Positions 30,729 to 40,959 of a stretch of 64,000 nucleotides of DNA are shown here, in pieces; position 1 is the first letter of the stretch, and each line of letters opens with the position of its first letter. The stretch is from Betaproteobacteria bacterium SCGC AG-212-J23 (GTDB taxonomy: Bacteria; Pseudomonadota; Gammaproteobacteria; Burkholderiales; SG8-39). A model generated the notes under the pieces. That model was not told the DNA's origin. It made no database searches and saw only the letters and a program-made list of their open reading frames with translations. The stretch spans positions 2,818-66,817 of the forward strand of contig LSTF01000047.1 of the NCBI GenBank assembly GCA_001644455.1, read 5' to 3'. The position numbers and the translations under genes were made by a program.

Positions 30729-31859
30729 CTACTTGAAGTCGACGATTTCCACCCAGTTGGCGCCCTTGCCGGTCGGGTATTGCCCGATCGGCTTCAGGCT
30801 GCCGTCCTCGCCGATCGAATAGCTCGAGACGGTTTCCGACTTCTCGCCCGAGGCGACGAGATATTTCCCGGCCGGATCGATGGCGAAGCCGCGCGGCTGC
30901 TTCTCGGTCGGCGTGCTCGAGAGATAGGTGAGCTTGCCGCTCGCGCCGTCGACGCTGAAGGCGGCGAGCGTGCCGCTGGTGCGCTCGGCGGCGTAGAGGA
31001 AGCGGCCGTTCGGCGTGAGGTGCAGGTCCGAAGCCCAGATGTCGTTCGCGGTGTCGCGGGGCGCCTGGTTGGCGCCGGGCGTGCCGACCGCGCCGCGGGG
31101 CATTCCCGGCTGCAGCTTGCTGTCGGGCGGAACCGCGACCGCGACGCTGACCGGCGAGAGCAGGCCCGTCTTCTTGTCGATCGCGAGCGTCGTCACCTGC
31201 GCGGTGAGCTCGTTCAGCAGGTAGGCGAACTTGTTGTCCGCGGAAATGATGATGTGGCGCGGCCCGGTTCCCTGCGGCAGCTGCAGCACCGGCGGCGTAT
31301 TGGCGGTGAGCTTGCCGGTCTTGGCGTCGAACACGAACTGGAACACCTGGTCGGTGCCGAGGTGCGGCACGTAGACGAAATGGTTCGTATTGTCGACGCG
31401 GATCGAGTGCGCGTTGCGCGCCGTCGGAATGACCTGCTGCGGCTTGCCGACCTTGCCGTCGCTGCCGATCGGGTTGACGCCGACCTGGTTGGCGCCGTAG
31501 GAGGCGCCGAGCAGGTAGCGGCCGGTGCGGTCGTGCGAGATGTAGGGATAGCTTTCCGCGAGCGGCCCGCTGCCGACCAGCTTGAGCGCGCCGCTCTTGC
31601 GGTCGATGCGGTAGGTGAAGGCGGAGAACGGCTTGGAGCGGACCGCGGCGACGAGATATTTTCTGTCCGGGCTGACGCTCATCGGCATCACCACCTTCTC
31701 GGCCTTGACGCGCTCGCCGGGCTTGAGGGAGCCGTCGGGCTGCAGCGTGTACGTGGAGATGTCGCCGTCGTCGGCGTTCGAGACGTAGACGAAGGTGCCG
31801 GCCTGCAGCGGGCCGGCGAGGAAGAAGGAGAGAACGGCGAAGACGGCGCTTTTTTTCAT
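30729..31859 (-). CDS. Lactonase family 7-bladed beta-propeller (6-phosphogluconolactonase-like)
   Basis: NAHS, LGTD, GPRH, LNEL, QPRGF.ID, GANWV. Confidence 0.88.
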   Translation of the reverse strand: MKKSAVFAVLSFFLAGPLQAGTFVYVSNADDGDISTYTLQPDGSLKPGERVKAEKVVMPMSVSPDRKYLVAAVRSKPFSAFTYRIDRKSGALKLVGSGPLAESYPYISHDRTGRYLLGASYGANQVGVNPIGSDGKVGKPQQVIPTARNAHSIRVDNTNHFVYVPHLGTDQVFQFVFDAKTGKLTANTPPVLQLPQGTGPRHIIISADNKFAYLLNELTAQVTTLAIDKKTGLLSPVSVAVAVPPDSKLQPGMPRGAVGTPGANQAPRDTANDIWASDLHLTPNGRFLYAAERTSGTLAAFSVDGASGKLTYLSSTPTEKQPRGFAIDPAGKYLVASGEKSETVSSYSIGEDGSLKPIGQYPTGKGANWVEIVDFK

Positions 31860-32650
31860 GGTGTAGCCCCTAGGAAATAGGCCGGGTCGACCGCGGCCGT
31901 GTTGAGATAAATCGAAAAATGCAGATGCGGCCCGGTCGCGCGCCCGCTCGTGCCGACCTTGCCGATGATCTTACCTGCGGCCACGGTTTCCGCGGGCGCG
32001 GCGTTCACCTCGCTCAGGTGCGCGTAGAGCGAGAGCAGCCCCTGGCCGTGGTCGAGGATCACGGTGCGGCCGAGAAACAGGTATTCGCCGACGTCGATCA
32101 CGCGTCCCGCGTTCGCCGCGGCGATCGGCGTGCCGTTGTCGGCGGCGATGTCCATTCCGGAGTGCGGGCTGCGCGGCTCGCCGTTGATGATGCGCCGCGA
32201 GCCGAAGCTGCCCGAGCGGCGGCCGGACACCGGCTCGCGCATCGCGAGCGACGCGGGCGGCGATTCGCTGAAGGTGCGCAGCACCTCCTGCAGATGCTCG
32301 CGCTCCTGCTCGTAGCGTTTCATCTGCTCGGGATCGAGCTCTGCCTGGTCACGAGGCACGCTCAGGCGTTGCGACGGATACTTCTTGCGCGTGACGGTGA
32401 TTTCGAGCTGCTTGAAGCGCTGATCCGGGTAGCGCACCTGGAGCGAGAGCTTTTCGCCAGGCGCCGCGCTCAGCGGTACGCCGGCGATGGCCACCCAGCC
32501 CTTCGATTCGCGCATCACCAGAACGCGATTGCCGTCGAGCGTCGCCTGCGCGCCGTTCTCGACGCGGACCTTCGCTACCCCGCCGGGCACGGCGCCCGCC
32601 GCGGCGGCGGGAAGCGCCGCCGCGAGCAAGGCTGCGGCGAAAAACCTCAG
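31856..32650 (-). CDS. M23 family metallopeptidase; probable CTG start
   Basis: HSGMD, Y.HL, TGPHLH; signal peptide begins at the CTGA overlap. Confidence 0.85.
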   Translation of the reverse strand: MRFFAAALLAAALPAAAAGAVPGGVAKVRVENGAQATLDGNRVLVMRESKGWVAIAGVPLSAAPGEKLSLQVRYPDQRFKQLEITVTRKKYPSQRLSVPRDQAELDPEQMKRYEQEREHLQEVLRTFSESPPASLAMREPVSGRRSGSFGSRRIINGEPRSPHSGMDIAADNGTPIAAANAGRVIDVGEYLFLGRTVILDHGQGLLSLYAHLSEVNAAPAETVAAGKIIGKVGTSGRATGPHLHFSIYLNTAAVDPAYFLGATP

Positions 32651-32940
32651 CTGATGCCTTCGACGATCCGGAAGTCCCGCTCGGCGCCGTCGCCCAGCGC
32701 CTTGAGCGCGGTCTGGTAGTCGGGCGACTCGTGCGCCGCCATCGCCTTGTGCACGTTGTCGAACTCGACGACGACGACGCGTTCCTTCATGCCCGCTTCG
32801 TGCGTCTTCGACGGCACGCCGCGGACGATGAACTTTCCGCCGGCCTTCTGGATGGCCGGCGCGGCGAGCTTGGCGTACGCGGCCCATTTGTCCTGGTTGG
32901 AAATCTTGCGGTAGGTGACGACGAAGTAACCTTTGCCCAT
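32647..32940 (-). CDS. DUF1330 domain protein
   Basis: GGKFIVRG, RVVVVEF, S.DYQ; GAGGAGG SD. Confidence 0.88.
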   Translation of the reverse strand: MGKGYFVVTYRKISNQDKWAAYAKLAAPAIQKAGGKFIVRGVPSKTHEAGMKERVVVVEFDNVHKAMAAHESPDYQTALKALGDGAERDFRIVEGIS

Positions 32941-33016
32941 GGAGCCTCCTCTTCGCGGAAATACATCGTAACAATATTGCGAAGACGCCTGCTGGCCTCC
33001 GAGCGTTAATAGGGGC

Positions 33017-33175
33017 ATGAAAACCCTACTTTCGCTTCTGATTGCGGTTGTCGCCCTGTCGGGCTGCGTCGCGGTGCCGGTCCCGGCAGGGCCGCGGTAC
33101 GCCTACGTGCCGCCGCCGCCCGTGGTCGTGGTCAGGCCGTACGCCTACTACGGCTGGCACCGGCGCTGGTACTAA
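33017..33175 (+). CDS. Small Pro/Tyr-rich lipoprotein (52 aa), absent from the ORF track
   Basis: AGGGG SD; MKTLLSLLIAVVALSGC lipobox; TAA 33173-33175. Confidence 0.75.
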   Translation: MKTLLSLLIAVVALSGCVAVPVPAGPRYAYVPPPPVVVVRPYAYYGWHRRWY

Positions 33176-33948
33176 CGACCCTTCCAGACCGGCTTGCGCT
33201 TGCCGAGGAAGGCTTCCATGCCTTCCTTGAAGTCCTGGCTCATGTAGCACATGAGCACCAAATCATTGCCTTCACCATGGGGAATGACTGGTCGCAGGCG
33301 CAGGATCGCCTCCTTGGTGGCCTGCAGCGTGAGCGGCGCGTGGCTCGCGACCAGGCGCGTGAGTTCTTCGGCGCGTTTCATCAATGCCGCCTGGTCTTCG
33401 CAGAGCTCGCTGATCAAACCTTTGGACAGGGCTTCTTCGCCTTCGATCAGCCGCGCCTGGAAAACGATGTCCTTCACCAGCGCCGGCCCGACCAGGTACA
33501 CGAGCCGCGTGTAGCTCGAAAGCGAAAGGCAGTTGCCGAGCGTGCGCGCCACGGGAAAGCCGTACTTCATCGCCTTCGAGCCGATGCGCAGGTCGCAGCA
33601 GGCGGCGATGCTCGCGCCGCCGCCGGTGCAGGCGCCGTGGATCGCGGCGATGGTCGGCACGCGGCAGCGCTCGAGCGCGTTCATCACCCGGTCGATGCGC
33701 GCCTCGTAGTCGAGCGCGTCCTGCTCCTTGTCGAAGGCGCGGAACTGCGAGATGTCGGTGCCGGCGGCGAAGGCCTTGTCGCCGGCTCCCGTAATCAGGA
33801 TCGCTTTCACCGAACGGTCGGTGTTGGCGTTGGTGCAGATCTCCGCCAGTCGCTCGTACATGGCGAAGGTGAGGGCGTTCCTCGCCTGCGGCCGGTTGAG
33901 GGTGACGTACGCGACGCCGTCGCGCATTTCGTGCAGGAGCTCTTCCAT
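33172..33948 (-). CDS. Enoyl-CoA hydratase/isomerase family protein
   Basis: LNRPQARNAL, AFAAGTDI, G.CTGGG, AFLGKRKP.W. Confidence 0.9.
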   Translation of the reverse strand: MEELLHEMRDGVAYVTLNRPQARNALTFAMYERLAEICTNANTDRSVKAILITGAGDKAFAAGTDISQFRAFDKEQDALDYEARIDRVMNALERCRVPTIAAIHGACTGGGASIAACCDLRIGSKAMKYGFPVARTLGNCLSLSSYTRLVYLVGPALVKDIVFQARLIEGEEALSKGLISELCEDQAALMKRAEELTRLVASHAPLTLQATKEAILRLRPVIPHGEGNDLVLMCYMSQDFKEGMEAFLGKRKPVWKGR

Positions 33949-33968
33949 GGTTTGCGTATGATTCCCGA

Positions 33969-35621
33969 GTGAGTTGCGACATCGTAATCCGGAACGGCAC
34001 CGTCATCGACGGCACCGGAGCACCCGGCAAAAGGATGGACGTCGGTATCCTGGACGGGAAAATCGTCGCGCCAGGACCAGCAAAGAGAACGATCGATGCG
34101 GCGGGGCTGGTGGTCGCGCCGGGGTTCATCGACCCGCACACCCACTACGACGCGCAGATCTGCTGGGACGGGGCGACCACGCCGTCGAGCTGGCACGGCG
34201 TGACGACGGTGGTGATGGGCAACTGCGGCGTCGGCATCGCGCCCTGCCGGCCCGCCGCGCGCGAGATCGCGATGCGCGACCTGGTCAACGTCGAGGCGAT
34301 CCCGTTCGAAGTGCTGAACGCCGGCATCACCTGGGACTGGGAAACCTTCCCGCAGTACATGGACGCGGCGGCGCGGCGAAAGCCGGCGCTCAACCTCGCC
34401 TTCCTCGCTCCGTTGACGCCCTTCCGGCACTACGTCATGGGCGAGGAGTCGATGGAGCGATCTGCTTCTCTCGAAGAAGCTGAAAAGATAAAAGCCCTGT
34501 TGGGCGAGGCCATGGACGCCGGCGCATTCGGCTTTTCCAGCACGCTGCTCAACCAACATCTCGGCTACCAGGGAAGGCCGCTCGCGTGCCGCAACGCGAG
34601 TCGCGAGGAGCTGAAGGCCTACTGCAACGCGCTGCGCGAGCGCGGCAAGGGCGCGATCGAGATTGCGATGACGAGGCAGATCGGCGTGCTCGACGAGCCG
34701 GAGCTCGAGCTGCTCGACTTCATGCTCGCCGAGAGCGGCCGGCCGATCACGGTCATCGCCTTCTTCGACCGCGACGACATCTCCGAAGCGGTGCGCACTT
34801 CGCTGCGCAAGGCGGCGCCGCTGATCGCGCGCGGCGCGCGGCCGCAGACCTCGCCGCTGCCGCTGACGCGCGAGGTGAACATGCGCAACCCGTTCTCCTT
34901 CGCCGGCTTCCCGTCGTGGAAGGCCGTGTTCGCGGACAAATCGAAGGAGGCGCAAGCCGCGGTTTATAGAAGTATTTCTTTTAGAAATCAATTCCGAGAA
35001 GAGCTCAAGAACCCGATCGGCTTCGGCAACTGGTCGCGCATCGCCGTCCACGAAGCGAAAAACAAATCTTTGGAAGGCAGGACCGTGGCCGAGAGTGCTG
35101 CCGAGCGCGGTGTCGACGGCGTAGACGCATTTCTCGACATTACGCTGGAAAATGATCTCGACAACGAATTCACCATGCAGTCGTTCAACACCCGCGCCGA
35201 CCGGATGGCGGAGATGCTGAACGACAAGAGCATCCTCCTCGGCCTCGGCGACGGCGGCGCGCACCTCGACATGCTGTGCGACTCGGGCTATCCGACCTAC
35301 GTGCTCGGCACGTGGGTGCGGGAGCGCAAGGTGCTGTCGCTCGAGGAGGCGGTGCGGCGCATGACGTCCGACCCGGCGGATTTTTTTGGAATTCGCGACC
35401 GGGGCAGGATCAAGCCGGGACTCGCCGCCGACCTCGTCATCTTTTCCGAAAAGGACGTCGCTTCCGGCGCCCGCCCCGAGCGGCTCTACGACCTGCCGGG
35501 CGGCGCGAAGCGGATGGTGATGCGCTCGCGCGGCATCGAGTACACGCTCGTCAACGGCGAAGTGACGTGGCAGAGCGGCAAGCTCACCGGCGCCGCCGCC
35601 GGCGCCGTTCTCAGGTCATGA
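33969..35621 (+). CDS. N-acyl-D-amino-acid deacylase family amidohydrolase
   Basis: GTVIDGTG, PGFIDPHTHYD, GNCG, DGGAH. Confidence 0.88.
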   Translation: MSCDIVIRNGTVIDGTGAPGKRMDVGILDGKIVAPGPAKRTIDAAGLVVAPGFIDPHTHYDAQICWDGATTPSSWHGVTTVVMGNCGVGIAPCRPAAREIAMRDLVNVEAIPFEVLNAGITWDWETFPQYMDAAARRKPALNLAFLAPLTPFRHYVMGEESMERSASLEEAEKIKALLGEAMDAGAFGFSSTLLNQHLGYQGRPLACRNASREELKAYCNALRERGKGAIEIAMTRQIGVLDEPELELLDFMLAESGRPITVIAFFDRDDISEAVRTSLRKAAPLIARGARPQTSPLPLTREVNMRNPFSFAGFPSWKAVFADKSKEAQAAVYRSISFRNQFREELKNPIGFGNWSRIAVHEAKNKSLEGRTVAESAAERGVDGVDAFLDITLENDLDNEFTMQSFNTRADRMAEMLNDKSILLGLGDGGAHLDMLCDSGYPTYVLGTWVRERKVLSLEEAVRRMTSDPADFFGIRDRGRIKPGLAADLVIFSEKDVASGARPERLYDLPGGAKRMVMRSRGIEYTLVNGEVTWQSGKLTGAAAGAVLRS

Positions 35622-35997
35622 GATTCCGGACGCCGACCCAGCCCCAATAGACGCGATGGCGCTGGATCAGGCCGTCGGCGATCTCCATCACTTCGACGAG
35701 ATCGGTCTGCTCTCCCTCGGGCGTTTCGCGCGGGTATTCCCAGAACAGCACCCGGCCGTCGGTGAGGTAGCCCTTGCGGTGGTAACGGCGGCTGGCCAGC
35801 GGCCGCGCGGCCAGCCGCGCGAAGAACGCGCGCAGCTCGCCGCGCCCGTGCAGCATGCCACGCTCGGCTTCCATCAGCGGCCGTACAAGGGGGCTCTCGA
35901 AGATGGCGTCCTCGGCGTACAGGGCGACGATGCCTTCGACGTCGCCGGCCCGATTGCGTGCATCCCATTCCCGGTAGATGCGTTCAATGTGATCCAT
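35611..35997 (-). CDS. SnoaL-like / NTF2 family protein
   Basis: LYAEDA.FESP, WEYPRETP.G.Q, HRVYWGW. Confidence 0.82.
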   Translation of the reverse strand: MDHIERIYREWDARNRAGDVEGIVALYAEDAIFESPLVRPLMEAERGMLHGRGELRAFFARLAARPLASRRYHRKGYLTDGRVLFWEYPRETPEGEQTDLVEVMEIADGLIQRHRVYWGWVGVRNLMT

Positions 35998-36107
35998 CCG
36001 CGCACCGTAGCATTGCCGCCGCGTGGCCGGGCAGGTCATCGCTTCGGCGCGCGCCGAAGCGTTGCCGATGGACGGGGGCGGCTGCGCGGCGCGACAATCG
36101 GCGACGA

Positions 36108-36842
36108 ATGACCGAGCCGTCGCACCGGATAGCGCAGCCCGCTTCGCTCCTCGCCGACTCGACGCGCGCGGCGATCGTGCTTGCCCTCATGGACGGCCGC
36201 TCGCGCTCGGCCAAGAAGCTCGCGCTCGACGCCGGCGTCACGCCGCAGACGGCGAGCGCGCACCTGAGGAAGCTGGTCGCGGCGAGGATGCTCGCCTGGG
36301 AGCCGCGCGGCCGCTTCAAGCACTTCCGGCTTTCGGGGCCGGAGGTCGCCGACGCCGTGGAGGCGCTGTGCCAGCTCGGTCCGGATGCGATGCCCGGACG
36401 GGTACTGACCGCGGCGGCGCGCGAGATTCGCTTCGCGCGCTGCTGCTACGACCACCTCGCCGGGCAGCTCGGCGTCGCGGTCACCGAGCGGCTGCCCGCG
36501 GTCGGCGCGCGGATTTTCGCGGCGCTCGACATCGACCTCGCCGCGCTGGAAACCCTGCGCCGGCCGCTTTCGCGCTGCTGCACCGACTGGACCGAGCAGC
36601 GCCCGCATCTCGGCGGAGCCCTGGGGGCGGCGCTTCTGGCCGCCTACAAAGAGAGAGGCTGGCTGGCCCCCGTTGCGGACTCGCGCAGGCTCGACGTCAC
36701 GTCACAAGGCCGTTTGGCCTTCGTCGAACATTTCGGCCTGGACGAGCGCCTGTTCACTTCTCCGCCCAGGAAAGCTCCTTCCACATCTGCCGGAAGCCGG
36801 CTTCGGCGTCGCGGATCTCGCCTTCGAACTGTGCCGGCGTAA
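36108..36842 (+). CDS. ArsR/SmtB family regulator
   Basis: LAD.TRA, TASAHL.KL, RCCYDHLAG, C.DWTE.R.HLGG; tail overlaps the convergent gene. Confidence 0.85.
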   Translation: MTEPSHRIAQPASLLADSTRAAIVLALMDGRSRSAKKLALDAGVTPQTASAHLRKLVAARMLAWEPRGRFKHFRLSGPEVADAVEALCQLGPDAMPGRVLTAAAREIRFARCCYDHLAGQLGVAVTERLPAVGARIFAALDIDLAALETLRRPLSRCCTDWTEQRPHLGGALGAALLAAYKERGWLAPVADSRRLDVTSQGRLAFVEHFGLDERLFTSPPRKAPSTSAGSRLRRRGSRLRTVPA

Positions 36843-37704
36843 GGAAGCGCAGCGGCGCGAAGAACTTCGTCGCCTGCGCCTGGAATTCCGGATCCGCCGC
36901 GGCGGCTGCGACGGCCTTCACCAGGCGATCGCGGACGTCGGCCGGCAGGCCTTTCGGAGCGGCCATGCCGCGCAGGGACGAGAGCACGATGTCGAAGCCC
37001 TGCTCGCGCGCGGTCGGCAGGTCGGGCGCGAGGTTGGAGCGCGCCGGCGCGAACTGGCCGATGTTGCGCATCGGCGCGCCGCCGCGGATGCTCTGCAGCG
37101 CCTCGCCGACGTTCATCGCGGCGACCGTGAGCTGCCCGGACTGGATCGCGGCGCGCACGTCGGCCGAGCCCTTGTACGGGATGTGCGTCATCTTCACGCC
37201 CGCCGCGCGCTCGAACATGAGCATCACCAGATGGTCGTCCGAGCCGATGCCCGTCGAGCCGACCGTCACCTTGCCGGGATTGGCGCGCGCGTACGCCGCG
37301 AGCTCCTTCAGGTCGCGGATCGGCAGGTCGGCGTGCACGGCGAAGTTGCACGGGTCGTCGACGACGTTGCCGAGCAGATCGAAGCTCTGGGACGTGAATT
37401 GCGCCTTGCGCTCGATCGGGATGGTCATCAGCGGCGGCGTGTTGACGAAGCCGATGGTGTAGCCGTCGGGCGGCGCGTTGGCGATCGCGGCGAAGCCGAT
37501 CTCGCCGCCGGCGCCAGCGCGGTTGACGATCACGATCCTCGCGCCGGCGAGGTATTTCTCGAGGTAGGGCGCGATCGCGCGCGCGACGAGGTCGGTGCCG
37601 CCGCCGGGCGAATAGGCGACGATCAGGGTGATCGGCTTCTCCGGCCAGGCTGCGCTCGCCGTTGTGGCGAACAGGCACAGGATCACCGCGAAGAAGCGTC
37701 GCAT
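36754..37704 (-). CDS. Bug/TctC substrate-binding protein
   Basis: YSPGGGTD, NRAGAGGEIG, PDGYT, HIPYKG. Confidence 0.9.
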   Translation of the reverse strand: MRRFFAVILCLFATTASAAWPEKPITLIVAYSPGGGTDLVARAIAPYLEKYLAGARIVIVNRAGAGGEIGFAAIANAPPDGYTIGFVNTPPLMTIPIERKAQFTSQSFDLLGNVVDDPCNFAVHADLPIRDLKELAAYARANPGKVTVGSTGIGSDDHLVMLMFERAAGVKMTHIPYKGSADVRAAIQSGQLTVAAMNVGEALQSIRGGAPMRNIGQFAPARSNLAPDLPTAREQGFDIVLSSLRGMAAPKGLPADVRDRLVKAVAAAAADPEFQAQATKFFAPLRFLTPAQFEGEIRDAEAGFRQMWKELSWAEK

Positions 37705-37733
37705 CGGAATTCCTCCTCGCGCCATGGTACTTG

Positions 37734-37747
37734 GGAATGAATCTTGC
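37734..37747 (+). promoter_or_regulatory. Putative sigma54 promoter
   Basis: GGAATGAATCTTGC (GG-N10-GC) 32 nt before ATG 37779. Confidence 0.5.
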
Positions 37748-37778
37748 CCCTGTAGGCTACCTAACAAGGAGATACACC

Positions 37779-38180
37779 ATGAGAAAACTCGTTCTGGCGC
37801 CCATCGCGCTAGCCTTCCTTGCCGCTTGCGCTACCCACGACAAGGTCACCTCCGCGCCGCCGCCGGTCGTCATTGCGCCTGCCCAGGCGCCCGTGGTCGT
37901 GCAACAGCAGCCTTCCGGCAGTACCGTGGTCGTGCAGCAACAGCCAGCCTATGTCGTCATGCCCGCCTCGGCGCAACCGCTGCGGGCCGGAATGGGGCGT
38001 ATTGAGTCGATCGCGCCGGCTCCGACTGCCGCCGCTGGCAGCACGGCCGGGGAATCGACCAAGCGCGTCGCCATCCGCATGAGCGACGGCAGCCTCCAGT
38101 ACGTGGATACGGTCGCCACCGGCATGGGCATCGGCGACGCCGTCGAGATCACCTCGGACGGCTACATGAAGCGCACGTAA
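37779..38180 (+). CDS. Hypothetical lipoprotein
   Basis: AAGGAG SD; LAAC lipobox; C-terminal IRMSDGSLQYVDT. Confidence 0.8.
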   Translation: MRKLVLAPIALAFLAACATHDKVTSAPPPVVIAPAQAPVVVQQQPSGSTVVVQQQPAYVVMPASAQPLRAGMGRIESIAPAPTAAAGSTAGESTKRVAIRMSDGSLQYVDTVATGMGIGDAVEITSDGYMKRT

Positions 38181-38266
38181 TAAAACTGAAACATCCGCGC
38201 CGTAAGTCCACGGGATGGATCTCATCCTGTGGCGTACGGGGCGTATGGCGCAACAAGGAGACCGTC

Positions 38267-38644
38267 ATGCTGCAGAAATCCCCGATGTACGCCTACATCC
38301 CCGTGAAGGACGTTGGCCGCGCCCGTCAGTTCTACGAGCAGAAGGTCGGCTTGAAGCCGAAAGAGGAGATCGACGGCGGCGTGGTCTATGAGTTCGCCGA
38401 GCACACCGCCTGCTTCATGTACCCGACGCCCAACGCCGGCACCTCGCGCGCCAGCCAGGCGTTCTGGCAGGTCGAGGACGTGGAGCGCGAAGTCGCCGAG
38501 CTGAAAAAGCGCGGCGTGGCTTTCGAGGAATACGACATGCCGGGGATGAAGACGAAGGACGGGGTTGCGCTCGCCGGCAGTGCGAAGGCGGCGTGGTTCA
38601 AGGACCCGGACGGCAACGTCCTCGCCCTGGTGCAAAGCCTCTAG
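38267..38644 (+). CDS. VOC/glyoxalase family protein
   Basis: IPVKD..RA..FY, AWFKDPDGN. Confidence 0.9.
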   Translation: MLQKSPMYAYIPVKDVGRARQFYEQKVGLKPKEEIDGGVVYEFAEHTACFMYPTPNAGTSRASQAFWQVEDVEREVAELKKRGVAFEEYDMPGMKTKDGVALAGSAKAAWFKDPDGNVLALVQSL

Positions 38645-39096
38645 GCGGAGGGGCGCCTTACTTCAGAAAGGTGCTTCTTCCAGTACGGGTTGTCGAGCGT
38701 GTCGTTGCGCACGCTCTTGCCGGAGGAGGGCGCGTGCACGAAGCGGCGCTCGCCGAGGTAGATGCCGACGTGCGAGTTCTTGCGGCCGCGCTGGTCGAAG
38801 AAGATGAGGTCGCCGGGCTTCAGTTCCGCGAGCTTCACGCGCTGCGTCGTGCGGCGCTGCTCCGCGGTGCTGTGTGGAAGCGAAACGCCGGCCTGCTTGT
38901 AGCTGAAAAAGATGAGGCCGCTGCAGTCGAACCCGGAGGGCGACGCGCCGCCGTACTTGTAGGGCTTGCCGACCATCTTCGCCGCGCTCGCCGCGGCGCG
39001 ATCGGGGGCGCTTTTCTGCGCCGCGTAGGCAACGTTCTCCGGCGCGCCGGCGCAGGCGGCGAGGAGCAGCGGCAACAAGGCGGCGATCAGCTTCAC
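38641..39096 (-). CDS. NlpC/P60 (C40) peptidase lipoprotein
   Basis: LAAC lipobox; PY.YGG..P.GFDCSG, HVGIY, HA. Confidence 0.92.
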   Translation of the reverse strand: MKLIAALLPLLLAACAGAPENVAYAAQKSAPDRAAASAAKMVGKPYKYGGASPSGFDCSGLIFFSYKQAGVSLPHSTAEQRRTTQRVKLAELKPGDLIFFDQRGRKNSHVGIYLGERRFVHAPSSGKSVRNDTLDNPYWKKHLSEVRRPSA

Positions 39097-39167
39097 GCGA
39101 CCGCAGTCTACCCGCCTCACGGGCGGGGAACTGTCAGTTGTTGCGCGAGCGACACAGCCCGAATGGG

Positions 39168-39935
39168 CTAAAACTCGCGGCCGATGCGCCGGTCGACGGA
39201 GTAGCGGCCGCCGCCGCCGAGCACGAACGCGAAACTGATCACGGTCAGGAGCAGCGCGAACTCGCAGCCGCGCGAGGTCCAGAAGTAGCCGTTCGGCATC
39301 TGGATCATGAACGTGATCACCGCCATCTCGACGAAGAACATGAAGGCGATCGGCCGTGTCAGCAGCCCGGCGGCGAGCATGAGCATGCCGGCGAGCTCGA
39401 GCCACGCCACCACCCACGCCCAGAGCATCGGCGGGTAGAAGCCGGTCTTCAGCACGTTGCCGGCGGCGATGCGCGCCACGCCGTCCTGGAAGATCTTCTC
39501 GTAGCCGCTCGGCAGGATGAGGAACGCCATCCACACGCGCGCGAGCGTGTAGCCCAACGCGATCAGGCGCTCGTTGGTCTCGCGCATGATCGCGTGCAGG
39601 CCGGCGCCGCCGATCACCACGCTGAGCAGCAGCCCGAGCTGGAACACGTGGTACTGCACGCCGCCGCGCGTCCACAGCCAGCCCTTGCCGATGTTCACGG
39701 TGATGAGCCAGAGCACCTCGACGAGCAGCAGTATCGCCATGGTCCGCTGCACGAATCCCAGCGCGATCAGCACGCCGCCGACCGCCTCGAGGCCGCCGAG
39801 CCAGTAGTTGCCGGCCATGATCTTCTGCACGCCATGCGGCACGAAGATCGCGCCGGTCGCGAAGCGGATCAGCGTGTAGCCCCACGGCGCGAGCGCGCGC
39901 CACACCGGCTCCATGAAGGGCAGGAAGTTCTTCAC
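39168..39935 (-). CDS. DoxX family membrane protein with two tandem DoxX units
   Basis: GYTLIR...HG.QK and GYTLAR...SGYEK repeats; GGRYSVD. Confidence 0.8.
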   Translation of the reverse strand: MKNFLPFMEPVWRALAPWGYTLIRFATGAIFVPHGVQKIMAGNYWLGGLEAVGGVLIALGFVQRTMAILLLVEVLWLITVNIGKGWLWTRGGVQYHVFQLGLLLSVVIGGAGLHAIMRETNERLIALGYTLARVWMAFLILPSGYEKIFQDGVARIAAGNVLKTGFYPPMLWAWVVAWLELAGMLMLAAGLLTRPIAFMFFVEMAVITFMIQMPNGYFWTSRGCEFALLLTVISFAFVLGGGGRYSVDRRIGREF

Positions 39936-40516
39936 TTGCGCGGCCTCGTCCAGGATTCCGACCACGCCAGGCAGCAGCTCGACGACGGCTTGCCGAAACG
40001 CTCCTGCTCGAACACTTCGCCCGGCATCGCCTCGCCGTTGACGGTGAGCTGCGCGCTCCTCGCCGGAATGAAGGTGCTGTAGACGCCGAGCGGGCGCTTC
40101 ATCGCCCCCGGCGGCATGGTGAGGATGAAGGGATCGATGAAATCCCACCACGACAGAACAAAAGAATCCTTCTGAGTGGAAATTCTTTCTTCTACCGTCG
40201 CGAGCGAATGCCCGGTGCGCTCGAATCTCGCATCGACGACCGGAAGCTTCGGGTCGGCGAAGGGCTCGTAGAGCAGCTTCTCGATCTGCTGCTGCAGGTA
40301 GCGCGTCATGCCGACGTTGTCGGAATAGATTCTGATGGACTTCGTTTCCAGGAAGAGGACATGTCCCTGCCCGGCGGGCGACCAGAGGACGCGCCAATGG
40401 CTCGCGCGCGTCACCAGGCTCTTGCCGCCGTCCTGCGACAGGCGGATGAACGAGTTCTCGCCGGTCATGACGACGTCGTGCGGATCGACCATCTGCTGCA
40501 CGGGCGGTGTGGCCAT
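39932..40516 (-). CDS. Hypothetical protein
   Basis: AGGGGGAG SD; operonic; GEN, HWRVLWSPAG.GH, LAWSE.W. Confidence 0.7.
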   Translation of the reverse strand: MATPPVQQMVDPHDVVMTGENSFIRLSQDGGKSLVTRASHWRVLWSPAGQGHVLFLETKSIRIYSDNVGMTRYLQQQIEKLLYEPFADPKLPVVDARFERTGHSLATVEERISTQKDSFVLSWWDFIDPFILTMPPGAMKRPLGVYSTFIPARSAQLTVNGEAMPGEVFEQERFGKPSSSCCLAWSESWTRPRK

Positions 40517-40527
40517 GGCTCCCCCTC

Positions 40528-40959
40528 TTACTTTGTCGGCACCGGCGGCCCCTCGGGCTGCCCGGCGTGCTGCGTCGCCTTCGGATCGATGTACGACCAG
40601 GGGCGGGCGCTCTTCGTCCAGATGTGCGCGGTGATCTTCATGTGGTCGGTGTCGTCGAGCGTGCCGGCGCGCAGCGCGAGTATCTCGGGCGTGTTCTCGC
40701 GATGGCTCCAGAGCGGCGAGCCGCACTCGCCGCAGAAGTAGCGCGACAGCGTCCGCCCGCTCGCCGCCTTGCCCTTGAAGATCCTGGGCGTGCCTTTCTC
40801 GAGCGTGACCTTGTCGCGCGGCACGATGGTCACCACCGCGCCGTGCCCGCCCGACGCCTTCTGGCAGTCGCGGCAGTGGCAGGCGCGAAGCTCGGTGGGA
40901 GAGCTGCCGAGGCTGTAGCGGATCGCGCCGCAGAGGCAGCCGCCTTTGAGATTGCTCAT
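40528..40959 (-). CDS. GFA family (CENP-V/GFA) protein
   Basis: GGCLCG, CHCRDC, FCGECGS. Confidence 0.92.
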   Translation of the reverse strand: MSNLKGGCLCGAIRYSLGSSPTELRACHCRDCQKASGGHGAVVTIVPRDKVTLEKGTPRIFKGKAASGRTLSRYFCGECGSPLWSHRENTPEILALRAGTLDDTDHMKITAHIWTKSARPWSYIDPKATQHAGQPEGPPVPTK

